A stretch of DNA of 42,907 nt from a virus (taxonomy: Duplodnaviria; Caudoviricetes). The notes below the pieces were generated by a model that did not search any database, had not been told where the DNA came from, and worked only from the letters and a program-made list of their open reading frames with translations. The translations under genes were made by a program, and so were the position numbers. The DNA lies in the IMG/VR virus record IMGVR_UViG_3300020403_000024, positions 1 to 42,907 of that record, one strand, 5' to 3'. Position 1 is the first letter of the stretch; the number at the start of each line of letters is the position of its first letter. Positions 1 to 8,036 of the stretch are shown piece after piece.

Positions 1-750
1 ACAGAGTATTTAGCCGACGCCGGTTATCCATGCGAACCACGTCACATAAACAGTAACCTAGTCAGCGCGCAGAACCGCTACAGGCTCTATTGGACTAACA
101 TTCCTGATACCGGTATGCCTGACGATAAAGGCATAGTCTTACAGGACATCCTAGAGACAGGATTTACCGACCGCGACAAGGCGTATTGTATCGACGCGAA
201 CTACTTTAAAGGTGGCAATCTCAGGTCGTATTTTTCTAAAAATCGGCGTCAATTAGTATTCGACGTTAAAAAAGGCGACACCGGTTTATTGCTGGCGGGT
301 GAGGCTGACATAAACGGTCATGACCTTATCAAGCGAGTGTATTACACCGAAGGTAAATCACCGACACTCAACGCCGTATCAGGGGGCAATCAAGAGCCTA
401 AAATCCTGTGCGGTGCATGGCGTGGGCGTTACACTGTAAACGGTGTCAGACAAGACCATAAACAGGCGACGGCGGGGCTCACAACGCAACGGCTCGAAGT
501 CAGGCGCGACGGTAAAACCAACACGATATCGACGGTGCAGAAAGACAACGTCGCCGTCCGGATTGATACCGACGATGTCACGATTGACGACCTACGCTGG
601 CGCAAGCTGACGGTCAAAGAATGCGAACGTCTGCAAACACTGCCGGACGACTACACCGCCGGTGTCTCAAATACACAACGCTATAAAATCTGTGGCAACG
701 GCTGGACGGTCGATGTCGTGGCTCACATCTTCAACGGATTGAAAGGATAG
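1..750 (+). CDS. C5 DNA cytosine methyltransferase, C-terminal part (5' truncated by window edge)
   Basis: Frame is open from base 1: INSNLVSAQNRYRLYWTNIP (motif VIII, QxRxR), RKLTVKECERLQTLPDDY (motif IX), RYKICGNGWTVDVVAHI (motif X). Confidence 0.92.
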   Translation, partial: TEYLADAGYPCEPRHINSNLVSAQNRYRLYWTNIPDTGMPDDKGIVLQDILETGFTDRDKAYCIDANYFKGGNLRSYFSKNRRQLVFDVKKGDTGLLLAGEADINGHDLIKRVYYTEGKSPTLNAVSGGNQEPKILCGAWRGRYTVNGVRQDHKQATAGLTTQRLEVRRDGKTNTISTVQKDNVAVRIDTDDVTIDDLRWRKLTVKECERLQTLPDDYTAGVSNTQRYKICGNGWTVDVVAHIFNGLKG

Positions 751-754
751 GAAA

Positions 755-949
755 ATGACAATCACTTATTGCCCATTGACACGAACTGTTACCCGCATGG
801 GGTCACAGATCCGAAGCGCTGACGAGGCACAAGCGCACATCGATGAACACTTTATGTCACCGGATCAGGACATACCACGCGAACTGTATTTTGAGGACGA
901 CGACGTCTGTCGAAACGGTAAGCCTATCATGACGTGCAATTGTTGCTAA
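755..949 (+). CDS. hypothetical early protein
   Basis: 64 aa ORF 4 nt after the MTase stop, preceded by AAAGGA/AGGA. Confidence 0.6.
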   Translation: MTITYCPLTRTVTRMGSQIRSADEAQAHIDEHFMSPDQDIPRELYFEDDDVCRNGKPIMTCNCC

Positions 950-950
950 A

Positions 951-1020
951 GGCGAAACGCTCCGCACTAGCGGGGCGTCCGACCGGTGTTTGGTTCACCG
1001 GCGCTGACGAGCCAGCCAGC
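951..1020 (+). ncRNA. type II hammerhead ribozyme
   Basis: GGC-GAAA-C[stem III GCTCCGC/ACTA/GCGGGGC]G-TC-[stem I CG(A)CCGGTG/TTTGGTT/CACCGGCG]-CTGACGA-GCC. All core nucleotides present; GUC cleavage after 979; intergenic. Confidence 0.9.
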
Positions 1021-1044
1021 CGAAACAAAAGAAAGGACAAAAGC

Positions 1045-1287
1045 ATGACGACATGTTTTTTAACAGGGAAAACATATCCCGACTATGTGGACACCGACGC
1101 GGAGCAACGCGCGGATTTCCAAGCGCAACTCTATAAGACCTTGGGGTCATGGGGTTGTTTCGTGAATCACGAACAGACGCAGATGGCGATTGAATGCGCC
1201 AAGTTGTTAGTCAATCTAAACAATAACAATCCGGAAGCATTTAAGATGGTTCTAAACGCAATCAACAAAGAGGTGAACAATGGCTAG
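1045..1287 (+). CDS. hypothetical early protein
   Basis: ATG at 1045 follows GAAAGGA RBS; the longer 934 start would run through the ribozyme. Confidence 0.7.
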   Translation: MTTCFLTGKTYPDYVDTDAEQRADFQAQLYKTLGSWGCFVNHEQTQMAIECAKLLVNLNNNNPEAFKMVLNAINKEVNNG

Positions 1288-1528
1288 ATATAGCGACCCA
1301 CTGTCAGGCATGTATGGCAGATTTGTAACAGGTTATATGACCAAGCACGACGGCTCTGTCCGTCAAGTGTGGGGTGTCTTCAAGAATGACCAATCGATAC
1401 CGGCGCACCTTCGCGTCATGTATGACATGCGGATTAAACAGTACCGCCGGTTCGATATCACACTGCCTTTCGGCATCCGCTGCGGGGCGAAAATTTCACA
1501 ACAAGGTTATGTTAGGAGTGCAAAATGA
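1280..1528 (+). CDS. hypothetical early protein (small beta-rich fold, inference)
   Basis: GAGGTG RBS; overlaps neighbours; TKHDGSVR...YDM...YRRF pattern. Confidence 0.7.
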   Translation: MARYSDPLSGMYGRFVTGYMTKHDGSVRQVWGVFKNDQSIPAHLRVMYDMRIKQYRRFDITLPFGIRCGAKISQQGYVRSAK

Positions 1529-1749
1529 GTAGCATTCCACGTTATCAATTCTGTGAAATTCCGAACACACCGGAAGGGTGGGCGCTGGTAAACTCGATGA
1601 AAAAGTATCTCAACAAACAGGGGTATAAACTGAGAGTGAAAGGTCAGCACATGGACGCGGTCGCCAAGGCTAACTGGCGCTACTATGAACGCGGTCAGCC
1701 TATCAGCCGGTCAACACATCTGCGAGTGTACCTTGACGACATTCGCTAA
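1525..1749 (+). CDS. hypothetical early protein
   Basis: AGGAG RBS, ATGA overlap with the upstream stop. Confidence 0.7.
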   Translation: MSSIPRYQFCEIPNTPEGWALVNSMKKYLNKQGYKLRVKGQHMDAVAKANWRYYERGQPISRSTHLRVYLDDIR

Positions 1750-1945
1750 GTTTCCGACAACCACATGCCCTCACTGTAAGTCGGTGGGGGCTGAAAATTT
1801 ATATCATATGGGCGACAGGGCTTATCTCTGTTGCCTTACTTGCATGGGCGAATACAGCATCCTACTGCCCACGCTGTACGCAGAACGTAGGACAAAGCAT
1901 GGACTAGAATTGGAGGCGCTATACGGTGAACAGATAATCGACTAG
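1733..1945 (+). CDS. putative zinc-ribbon protein (start uncertain)
   Basis: CPHC...CLTC pairs; fills the gap between neighbours; TTG start at 1733 is a guess. Confidence 0.5.
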   Translation: MTTFAKFPTTTCPHCKSVGAENLYHMGDRAYLCCLTCMGEYSILLPTLYAERRTKHGLELEALYGEQIID

Positions 1946-1953
1946 GAGTTTTT

Positions 1954-2157
1954 ATGATTGAAATCAAAGTTAAGTTCGCGCTTGAATCAGATCTAAATGG
2001 TTTGGCAGAGTGCGAATGCGACTGCTGCGGGGCTGTTGACAGCTTCGTGGACGTTGCTGAGATCGACCTGACTGAACAGACGTTGGTCGTTGGTGATGAA
2101 ATCCCGGCGGGAATGTGTACCCGCTGCGGGGAAGGCATGATGTATTTGAAGGAGTAG
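1954..2157 (+). CDS. acidic Cys-rich putative zinc-binding protein
   Basis: AGGAG RBS; CECDCC...CTRC. Confidence 0.7.
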   Translation: MIEIKVKFALESDLNGLAECECDCCGAVDSFVDVAEIDLTEQTLVVGDEIPAGMCTRCGEGMMYLKE

Positions 2158-2167
2158 TATAAACAGT

Positions 2168-2494
2168 ATGAACACTTATGGAAATCCACAACGTATCTTT
2201 CGTATCACTGAATACAGGATACCACCCAGGACCAGTGATTCCCGGGGATGGGGGCGATGGGCTGAAGAGTGCTTCGCATGGTGTCACTTCTTTGCAGAAG
2301 ACTACGCATGGAACGATGACAATAAACAGGCGCAGCTTTGGTTCGACATGAAGGAAAAGTATCGCCAGCAAGTCGAATGGAAAGAAGCCACTGGCATCGC
2401 CGGTCACATCAGCGACCCGGCAATCGAGCGTGAGTTAGACAAGCGAGGTCTTGTTGAAGAGAAACAGATATGTTACAAGCATCAATACAAATAG
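2168..2494 (+). CDS. hypothetical protein
   Basis: 108 aa ORF in the operon with AAGGAG upstream. Confidence 0.65.
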   Translation: MNTYGNPQRIFRITEYRIPPRTSDSRGWGRWAEECFAWCHFFAEDYAWNDDNKQAQLWFDMKEKYRQQVEWKEATGIAGHISDPAIERELDKRGLVEEKQICYKHQYK

Positions 2495-2506
2495 AAAGGC
2501 AAACGT

Positions 2507-2629
2507 ATGGATAAACTTCCCAACATGAGAACTGACAGGCAGTACCCTATCGATAGAATCGGTGGGCTCTTCGTGCTTGCTCAGTTCTTATTCTTTTTAA
2601 TCACGGCAATCGCAGCTCTGTACAATTAG
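2507..2629 (+). CDS. small membrane protein (40 aa, not in ORF track)
   Basis: GAAAGG RBS; MDKLPNMRTDRQYPIDRIGGLFVLAQFLFFLITAIAALYN with a hydrophobic C-terminus. Confidence 0.6.
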   Translation: MDKLPNMRTDRQYPIDRIGGLFVLAQFLFFLITAIAALYN

Positions 2630-2646
2630 AGTGTGCTACTGCCCAA

Positions 2647-2728
2647 AGTCAGTCCAAAGACTAACTATAGACTGACTAAAGACACCTTAGAGTACTACTA
2701 CTATAGTAATACTCTTTAGTAACTAAAG
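2647..2728. repeat. AT-rich cluster of three inverted repeats (candidate origin or att region)
   Basis: AGTCAGTC/GACTGACT (2647-2654/2670-2677), AGAGTA/TACTCT (2689-2694/2710-2715), CTTTAGT/ACTAAAG (2714-2720/2722-2728); many ACTA/TAGT words. Confidence 0.6.
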
Positions 2729-2747
2729 TATTAACAAAAGGTATGAC

Positions 2748-3830
2748 ATGCTAGAAGTATACAAAAGAACAGACAGTCCATACTGGTGGTACAAAGTTCC
2801 ACTGTTGGACGACAATGGTCACGTCATTCGTTATGAACGTGGGTCAACTAAAAGACGCGACAAAGGCGAAGCTAAACTTGTCGCTAGAAAGTTAGCCAAG
2901 AGCATTCAAGATGCTGACCAGCTAGGCAAGCGAGAGACTACAACCATCGCTGAAGCTGGACGTCGGTATCTGATGGAACTCGAAGCCGAAGGTAAACCAT
3001 CAGCCAAGGACGCAAGGACGTTTGTGTCTAGGGCATCAACTGGTCCAGGCTTGAGTAAACCACTGACACATCTGAACGCTGGTTTCCTATCGAACATCAA
3101 GCAACAACGGTTGATGAAAGGGTACGCACCACGCAGCATCAACAATGAGTTGACGTTTTGGATATCCGTATTCAATCGTGCGAAAGACAAGTGGATGCTG
3201 ATGGTGGATCGAGATGCATCGTTCGATGGCATCAAGTTAAAGCCAGTTGCCAAGACAAGATACCTACTGGACGGTGAAGAGGAGCGCCTGTTGGCAGAAC
3301 TTGAGCCGACTGATAGCAAGACACAGGATCAGTATGACCTTGTGTTGTTCTTGCTGGACACCGGCGCACGTTACACAGAGATTGCATCGATACCGTGGAC
3401 GGCAATCAATGGGCAGTCAGTGAACCTGTTGCACCGCAAGGTAGGACAGGAAGGTACGCTGACCCTGACAGATAGATGTCGGGCGATGCTGGATCGACGC
3501 TGGCGAACACACGGTAACTATAAATTTGTCTTTCCGTCCGACACTAAATCAGACGCACCACGCGGGTACAGTACCAAAGGTATTCGCCATGCGATTGAAC
3601 GTGCCGGGCTGAACGAAGAACATCTAGTTGAACGGTACGGTCGGTTTACTGTTCACTCACTGCGACACACCTTTGCCTCACGGCTGGTGCAAGCGGGGAT
3701 GTCGCTCTACGCAGTTAGTCAATTGCTGGGGCATTCCGATATAAGTATGACACAAAGGTACGCACACCTCGCGCCATCACAAGTATCACAACAAGCAGCC
3801 GACATATTAAACAAGCGGGAGAAAGTATGA
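2748..3830 (+). CDS. int: tyrosine recombinase / phage integrase
   Basis: Catalytic set: DTGAR (R), HSLRH (HxxR), LLGH (H), TQRYAH (Y); N-terminal arm-binding-like segment. Confidence 0.95.
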   Translation: MLEVYKRTDSPYWWYKVPLLDDNGHVIRYERGSTKRRDKGEAKLVARKLAKSIQDADQLGKRETTTIAEAGRRYLMELEAEGKPSAKDARTFVSRASTGPGLSKPLTHLNAGFLSNIKQQRLMKGYAPRSINNELTFWISVFNRAKDKWMLMVDRDASFDGIKLKPVAKTRYLLDGEEERLLAELEPTDSKTQDQYDLVLFLLDTGARYTEIASIPWTAINGQSVNLLHRKVGQEGTLTLTDRCRAMLDRRWRTHGNYKFVFPSDTKSDAPRGYSTKGIRHAIERAGLNEEHLVERYGRFTVHSLRHTFASRLVQAGMSLYAVSQLLGHSDISMTQRYAHLAPSQVSQQAADILNKREKV

Positions 3831-4081
3831 CTTACGATAATTTTATGAACAAAATCTTTTGGATGTGTGTCGATGCGCTGAACGCATGGGCAGACCTAAT
3901 GGGTTGGACTTACGAAGAGTTAAACATTTGGATATTCATTGTTATCCATCCGTTGCTCACGTTGTTCCTGTTCTTCATGGTGTGGTATCAACGCCGGTCA
4001 CATTATAAAAAGCTGGCTAAACTCACCGAACGTTGGACACTGTTGACTGAAGTTTATTTCGATCACAAGTCCAAGGACTAA
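3827..4081 (+). CDS. small membrane protein
   Basis: ATGA-coupled to int; GWTYEELNIWIF followed by one transmembrane helix. Confidence 0.7.
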   Translation: MTYDNFMNKIFWMCVDALNAWADLMGWTYEELNIWIFIVIHPLLTLFLFFMVWYQRRSHYKKLAKLTERWTLLTEVYFDHKSKD

Positions 4082-4088
4082 ACCTTTT

Positions 4089-4124
4089 GCAGTCTCACTG
4101 TCACAAACAAATCAGTGAGGCTGC
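4089..4124 (+). promoter_or_regulatory. 12-bp RNA hairpin upstream of the RNAP gene (processing or regulatory)
   Basis: GCAGTCTCACTG / CAGTGAGGCTGC with one U-G pair, 12-nt loop, no U-tract. Confidence 0.5.
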
Positions 4125-4154
4125 GCTTACTAACAGAATAACAAGGAGTGGATC

Positions 4155-6638
4155 TTGATTCATAAATTTGAACAATTACTGACGCAATCGTTAGACCCAG
4201 CGCTCGAAGAAGAACAGAGGCGTACTGAGTTAGAGGGTGTCAACGAGGGCGTCGCGAAGTATCGCAAGATGCTACTCGAAGGGAACATAGCTGACACCGG
4301 TGCTGGTCGTCAGATATTTAAGGAAGTTATGGGGCTGGTCATTCCAGCTATAAGAAAGGCACAGGAAGAAGCCGTCGAAGGGATTGCCAATAGCGGTCCA
4401 GGGGTACGTCCTGTGTGGTGGTGGTACATATCTTTTGTGTCGCCTGAGAAGCTAGCGTATATCGCGCTCCGGTCAGTGCTTGGGGTTCGCATGGTTAAGG
4501 CTGGGTATGGACGCCCGGCACGAAGTGTGTGCCTTACAATAGGGCTGGCTGTAAAACAGCAAGTAGAATTCGAGAAGTGGTTAAGGGATAGTAAAGATGA
4601 AGCCAAGAACACCGGTGGCCCAGACTTGGCGGCACGTCTTGTTAGGACGGCGAAGAACTTTAACCAACGTCAATGGGGCAACTGGTCACGACGCATCAAA
4701 TCAATCGAAACACTCGATTGGCGACGCGACGTCCGGATGCACATCGGAGCAAAAATCCTCGACCTCATCATCGAAAACGGTGGGGGGTTTTTCGAAATGA
4801 AATATGTGCAAGTCAGGAACAAGACAGAACGCCAAGTGTTTTTGTCTGATGCCTGTCGTGCCATGATGGATGATATCAACAGTCAGATCGAACTATCTGC
4901 ACCAACGTTGAAGCCAATGATTGTCGAACCAAGACCGTGGTCATGGGATGAAATCAATAAGCGATACGACGGTGGATACTTCATGGTCGATGTTGATTTC
5001 ATACGCGGTGGTCTTCACAAGCACACTGCTAGTTTAGACAATCCGTTCTCCCGCACCACGCTTCGGGCAGCCAACTATTTGGGTTGGGTAGCTTGGCGCG
5101 TGGACGAAGAGGCTTTGGAGTTAGCGAAGGAAACATTCCTCCAAAACACACAGGCGATTGCCTGTATCCCCTCGCCTGACCCAGAGCCTCTTCCACCTCG
5201 CAAGACAGACATCGAGTGGGATGGTATGTCAAAGGCAGAGCGCGCCGCATGGAAATATGATTTGAACTGCATTCACGACCGCAATGCCAGCGAGGTATCG
5301 AAGCGTGAATCAGTTATCAGGAAATTCAATCTGACTGATCAGGTCAAAGGTCGTGACGTCTATAACGTTATCAAATGTGATAGCCGTTCACGGTTCTACT
5401 ATGTGACGCCGGATTGGAATCCGCAAGGCGACAGTCTTGCGCGAGGCACTATGCGTTTCGCAGATGGTCAACCCTTGGGTAAGGATGGTCTGTACTGGTT
5501 AGCAGTCAGACTGTGTAATACCTATGGGGAAGACAAGATATCATTTGATGAAATGCAAGAATGGGCGAAGGACAATCACGACTTGATTGTGCAATCTGCG
5601 ACCGATCCTTTTGGTAGTGGAGAGCGCCTCTGGACACACGCTGATTCGGAACTTGAGTTCTGGCAAACGTGTGTTGATTGGTCACAAGCTACAGGTATGG
5701 ATAACCCTGAGAAGTTTGTATGCACTCTACCTGTTCACCAAGATGGATCGAACAATGGTTTGCAATTATTGTCGTTGCTTGGTCGTGACCCTGTTGGTGC
5801 TAAACTAACGAACTGTTCTTCTTCTCCGGAGCGGTTCGATATCTACAGCGAGACAGCCGAAGTTGTTAAACGGCTGGTCGCTGACGACGTTGCGAATGGT
5901 CGTCATCTAGAACAGGCACATCGTTGGATTGGAAATATAGACCGCGCCGTATGTAAGCGCGCCTGTATGACCACATCCTACGGTGTGACCCCTAGAGGCA
6001 TACAAGACCAGTTAATCAAAGATGGCTTTGTCGATAAGCTAGACGGTAGTCGTCTTGAGAACGCTGGGTATATGCGTGATAAACTTATGGTCGCGCTTGA
6101 CCAGACCATCGTCGCATCACGACCTATCATGGAGTACTTTCAAAAGTGCGCCGTAGCTATGGCAGAGTTTGATTTGCCGTTGCGCTGGGTTACCCCGGTT
6201 GGGTCAACGATACAACAGTCATACTGGAACGTGGCAAAGTCAGACGTGAAGACTGTCATGGGCTCGTACTTCATGTGGGATGAAAACCCTGACGGTGGAC
6301 TGAGTGTTCGCAAGCAGATGTTATCATCGAGCCCGAACATCATTCACTCTATCGATGCTGCGCTCATGCAGAAAGTTATTGTTGAGTTGCGTGAAGAACA
6401 TCATGTGTATTCCATCGCAGCAATACATGATAGCTTTGCAGTGTTACCATGTAATGTGGGGCTGATGCGTGATGTGATTCGGCAGACTGCATACGACATG
6501 TTCAAAGGTAATTGGATTGAAGATAGTTTCCATCCATACCTTAAAGAATATGCACCGAATGTGGATCTGCCAGAGCCACCAGCGCAAGGAGATTTTAATA
6601 TCAAAGAGGTTCTCGATGCAGAGTACTTCTTTGCGTAG
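4155..6638 (+). CDS. T7-like single-subunit RNA polymerase
   Basis: DSRSRFY, PVHQDGSNNGLQ (motif A), RAVCKRACMTTSYG (motif B), PNIIHSID and IHDSF (motif C), YFFA C-terminus; TTG start with AAGGAG. Confidence 0.97.
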   Translation: MIHKFEQLLTQSLDPALEEEQRRTELEGVNEGVAKYRKMLLEGNIADTGAGRQIFKEVMGLVIPAIRKAQEEAVEGIANSGPGVRPVWWWYISFVSPEKLAYIALRSVLGVRMVKAGYGRPARSVCLTIGLAVKQQVEFEKWLRDSKDEAKNTGGPDLAARLVRTAKNFNQRQWGNWSRRIKSIETLDWRRDVRMHIGAKILDLIIENGGGFFEMKYVQVRNKTERQVFLSDACRAMMDDINSQIELSAPTLKPMIVEPRPWSWDEINKRYDGGYFMVDVDFIRGGLHKHTASLDNPFSRTTLRAANYLGWVAWRVDEEALELAKETFLQNTQAIACIPSPDPEPLPPRKTDIEWDGMSKAERAAWKYDLNCIHDRNASEVSKRESVIRKFNLTDQVKGRDVYNVIKCDSRSRFYYVTPDWNPQGDSLARGTMRFADGQPLGKDGLYWLAVRLCNTYGEDKISFDEMQEWAKDNHDLIVQSATDPFGSGERLWTHADSELEFWQTCVDWSQATGMDNPEKFVCTLPVHQDGSNNGLQLLSLLGRDPVGAKLTNCSSSPERFDIYSETAEVVKRLVADDVANGRHLEQAHRWIGNIDRAVCKRACMTTSYGVTPRGIQDQLIKDGFVDKLDGSRLENAGYMRDKLMVALDQTIVASRPIMEYFQKCAVAMAEFDLPLRWVTPVGSTIQQSYWNVAKSDVKTVMGSYFMWDENPDGGLSVRKQMLSSSPNIIHSIDAALMQKVIVELREEHHVYSIAAIHDSFAVLPCNVGLMRDVIRQTAYDMFKGNWIEDSFHPYLKEYAPNVDLPEPPAQGDFNIKEVLDAEYFFA

Positions 6639-6655
6639 CACATTAGGGGGTGCTT

Positions 6656-6835
6656 ATGTCCAACCATGACGAAAGCTATGAGGACTTGCTCACTCGATGT
6701 GCATTTATATTCTGGCAAATTGGTTACTTGCCGGAAGACTACCAAGCGAAACTATCATCACATGGCATGACCTATACTGAGTTCTGCACAATGGCGATGA
6801 TGTTTCATCCCGAACTAACCGAACCTAATCAATAA
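6656..6835 (+). CDS. hypothetical protein
   Basis: AGGGGG RBS before ATG 6656; sits between RNAP and SSB. Confidence 0.55.
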   Translation: MSNHDESYEDLLTRCAFIFWQIGYLPEDYQAKLSSHGMTYTEFCTMAMMFHPELTEPNQ

Positions 6836-6854
6836 ACAAGGAAGATCTAAAACT

Positions 6855-7409
6855 ATGGCAAAGCAAAAAGTAAGACCAATTGTCTCACCACAAGCAACCA
6901 GCGCATACGCGTGGTTGGCACGACCAGACGAAGGACAGGAATTCAGTGATGGTAAATACAAAGTCACACTGGTCCTGGACAAGAACGATGAAGAAGCGAA
7001 AGCCTTTATCGCTGACGTCAAGAAAGAAGCAGAAGCGCTAGCGAAGCAAGCGTGGGAAACTATCCCGAAGAACTTCCGTTACCCATTCAAAGATGGTGAC
7101 GATAGTGAGAAGGAAGAGTTCCACGGCAAGTGGTTGCTTACTGCTAAGACAAAGTTCCAGCCGGGCTTTGTAGGACCAGACAATAAAGCTATCGAAGAAG
7201 ATAGTATTCCCTCAAGCGGTGATATCATTCGTGCATCATTCAGCCTTAAAGAATATGCAACTGGTGGTGGCAAAGGCGTCACTAGTCAATTGCGTAATGT
7301 TAAGCTGATTGAGAAACGTAACATGTCATCAGGTCCGTCAAACGATTTCGGTGATCCTATCGATGATGCACCGTCGGAGTCTAAAGATGACTTCGACATC
7401 GCGATATGA
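6855..7409 (+). CDS. single-stranded DNA-binding protein (T7 gp2.5-like)
   Basis: YAWLARPD...GKYKVTL, GVTSQLRNVKLIE, acidic C-terminal tail; syntenic position. Confidence 0.88.
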   Translation: MAKQKVRPIVSPQATSAYAWLARPDEGQEFSDGKYKVTLVLDKNDEEAKAFIADVKKEAEALAKQAWETIPKNFRYPFKDGDDSEKEEFHGKWLLTAKTKFQPGFVGPDNKAIEEDSIPSSGDIIRASFSLKEYATGGGKGVTSQLRNVKLIEKRNMSSGPSNDFGDPIDDAPSESKDDFDIAI

Positions 7410-7836
7410 TTTTACGAGCGCAGTTGAAGAACACTTAGGCAAGGCTGGATACATGGAATTCTTCATACCAGTTGATCCTGTGCCAGCCTCTCGCCCAAGG
7501 GTGAGTAAGTGGGGAACGTACTACGGTAAGACATACGAAAACTTTAGGACGAAAGTTCGTGCAGCTCTACGCGACCTGACCAATCTATCAGGTGAGCCCA
7601 TGACAGGTCCGATACATTGTCTGATCGAGATTGTTGCTCCCAAACCGAAAACGACAAAGAGAGATTATCCGCGTGGCGACGTGGACAATTTCGCAAAAGG
7701 TCCTCTCGATTCCATGACGTCACATGGTGGCTTCTGGAATGACGATGATCAAGTCACGGCACTAGCGGTGACAAAGAGATACGCTGAATCGGGTGAGCCG
7801 ACCGGCGTCAGAATAATATATCAGGAGATAGTATGA
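7387..7836 (+). CDS. rusA: RusA-like Holliday junction resolvase
   Basis: PVPASRPR, RGDVDNFAKGPLDSM, WNDDDQV motifs; start uncertain. Confidence 0.88.
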   Translation: MTSTSRYDFTSAVEEHLGKAGYMEFFIPVDPVPASRPRVSKWGTYYGKTYENFRTKVRAALRDLTNLSGEPMTGPIHCLIEIVAPKPKTTKRDYPRGDVDNFAKGPLDSMTSHGGFWNDDDQVTALAVTKRYAESGEPTGVRIIYQEIV

Positions 7837-8036
7837 CACAGATAGATATGCTGAAGAAACACTTCGCAGTACGACCTTCAATCTCTAATGTTGAAGCACA
7901 AATGATGTATCGCATTCGAGCGTTACCGCGACGAATTAAAGACCTTGAAGAAAACCATCGTATGCAATTTGAAAGACAAACAAGAACAGATCCAACAGGG
8001 CAAAGATATGTCAGATATACAATCGTCAATAACTAA
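7833..8036 (+). CDS. small helix-turn-helix protein
   Basis: SISNVEAQMMYRIRALPRRIKDLE...YVRY winged-HTH pattern; ATGA coupling. Confidence 0.7.
   Translation: MTQIDMLKKHFAVRPSISNVEAQMMYRIRALPRRIKDLEENHRMQFERQTRTDPTGQRYVRYTIVNN

Noticed and set aside
815-860. Additional hammerheads at CTGACGA 119 and 819
   Set aside because: Inside coding sequence, with no correctly placed GAAA and stems.
934-1044. N-terminal extension of ORF 934-1287
   Set aside because: Overlaps the hammerhead; a good RBS precedes ATG 1045.
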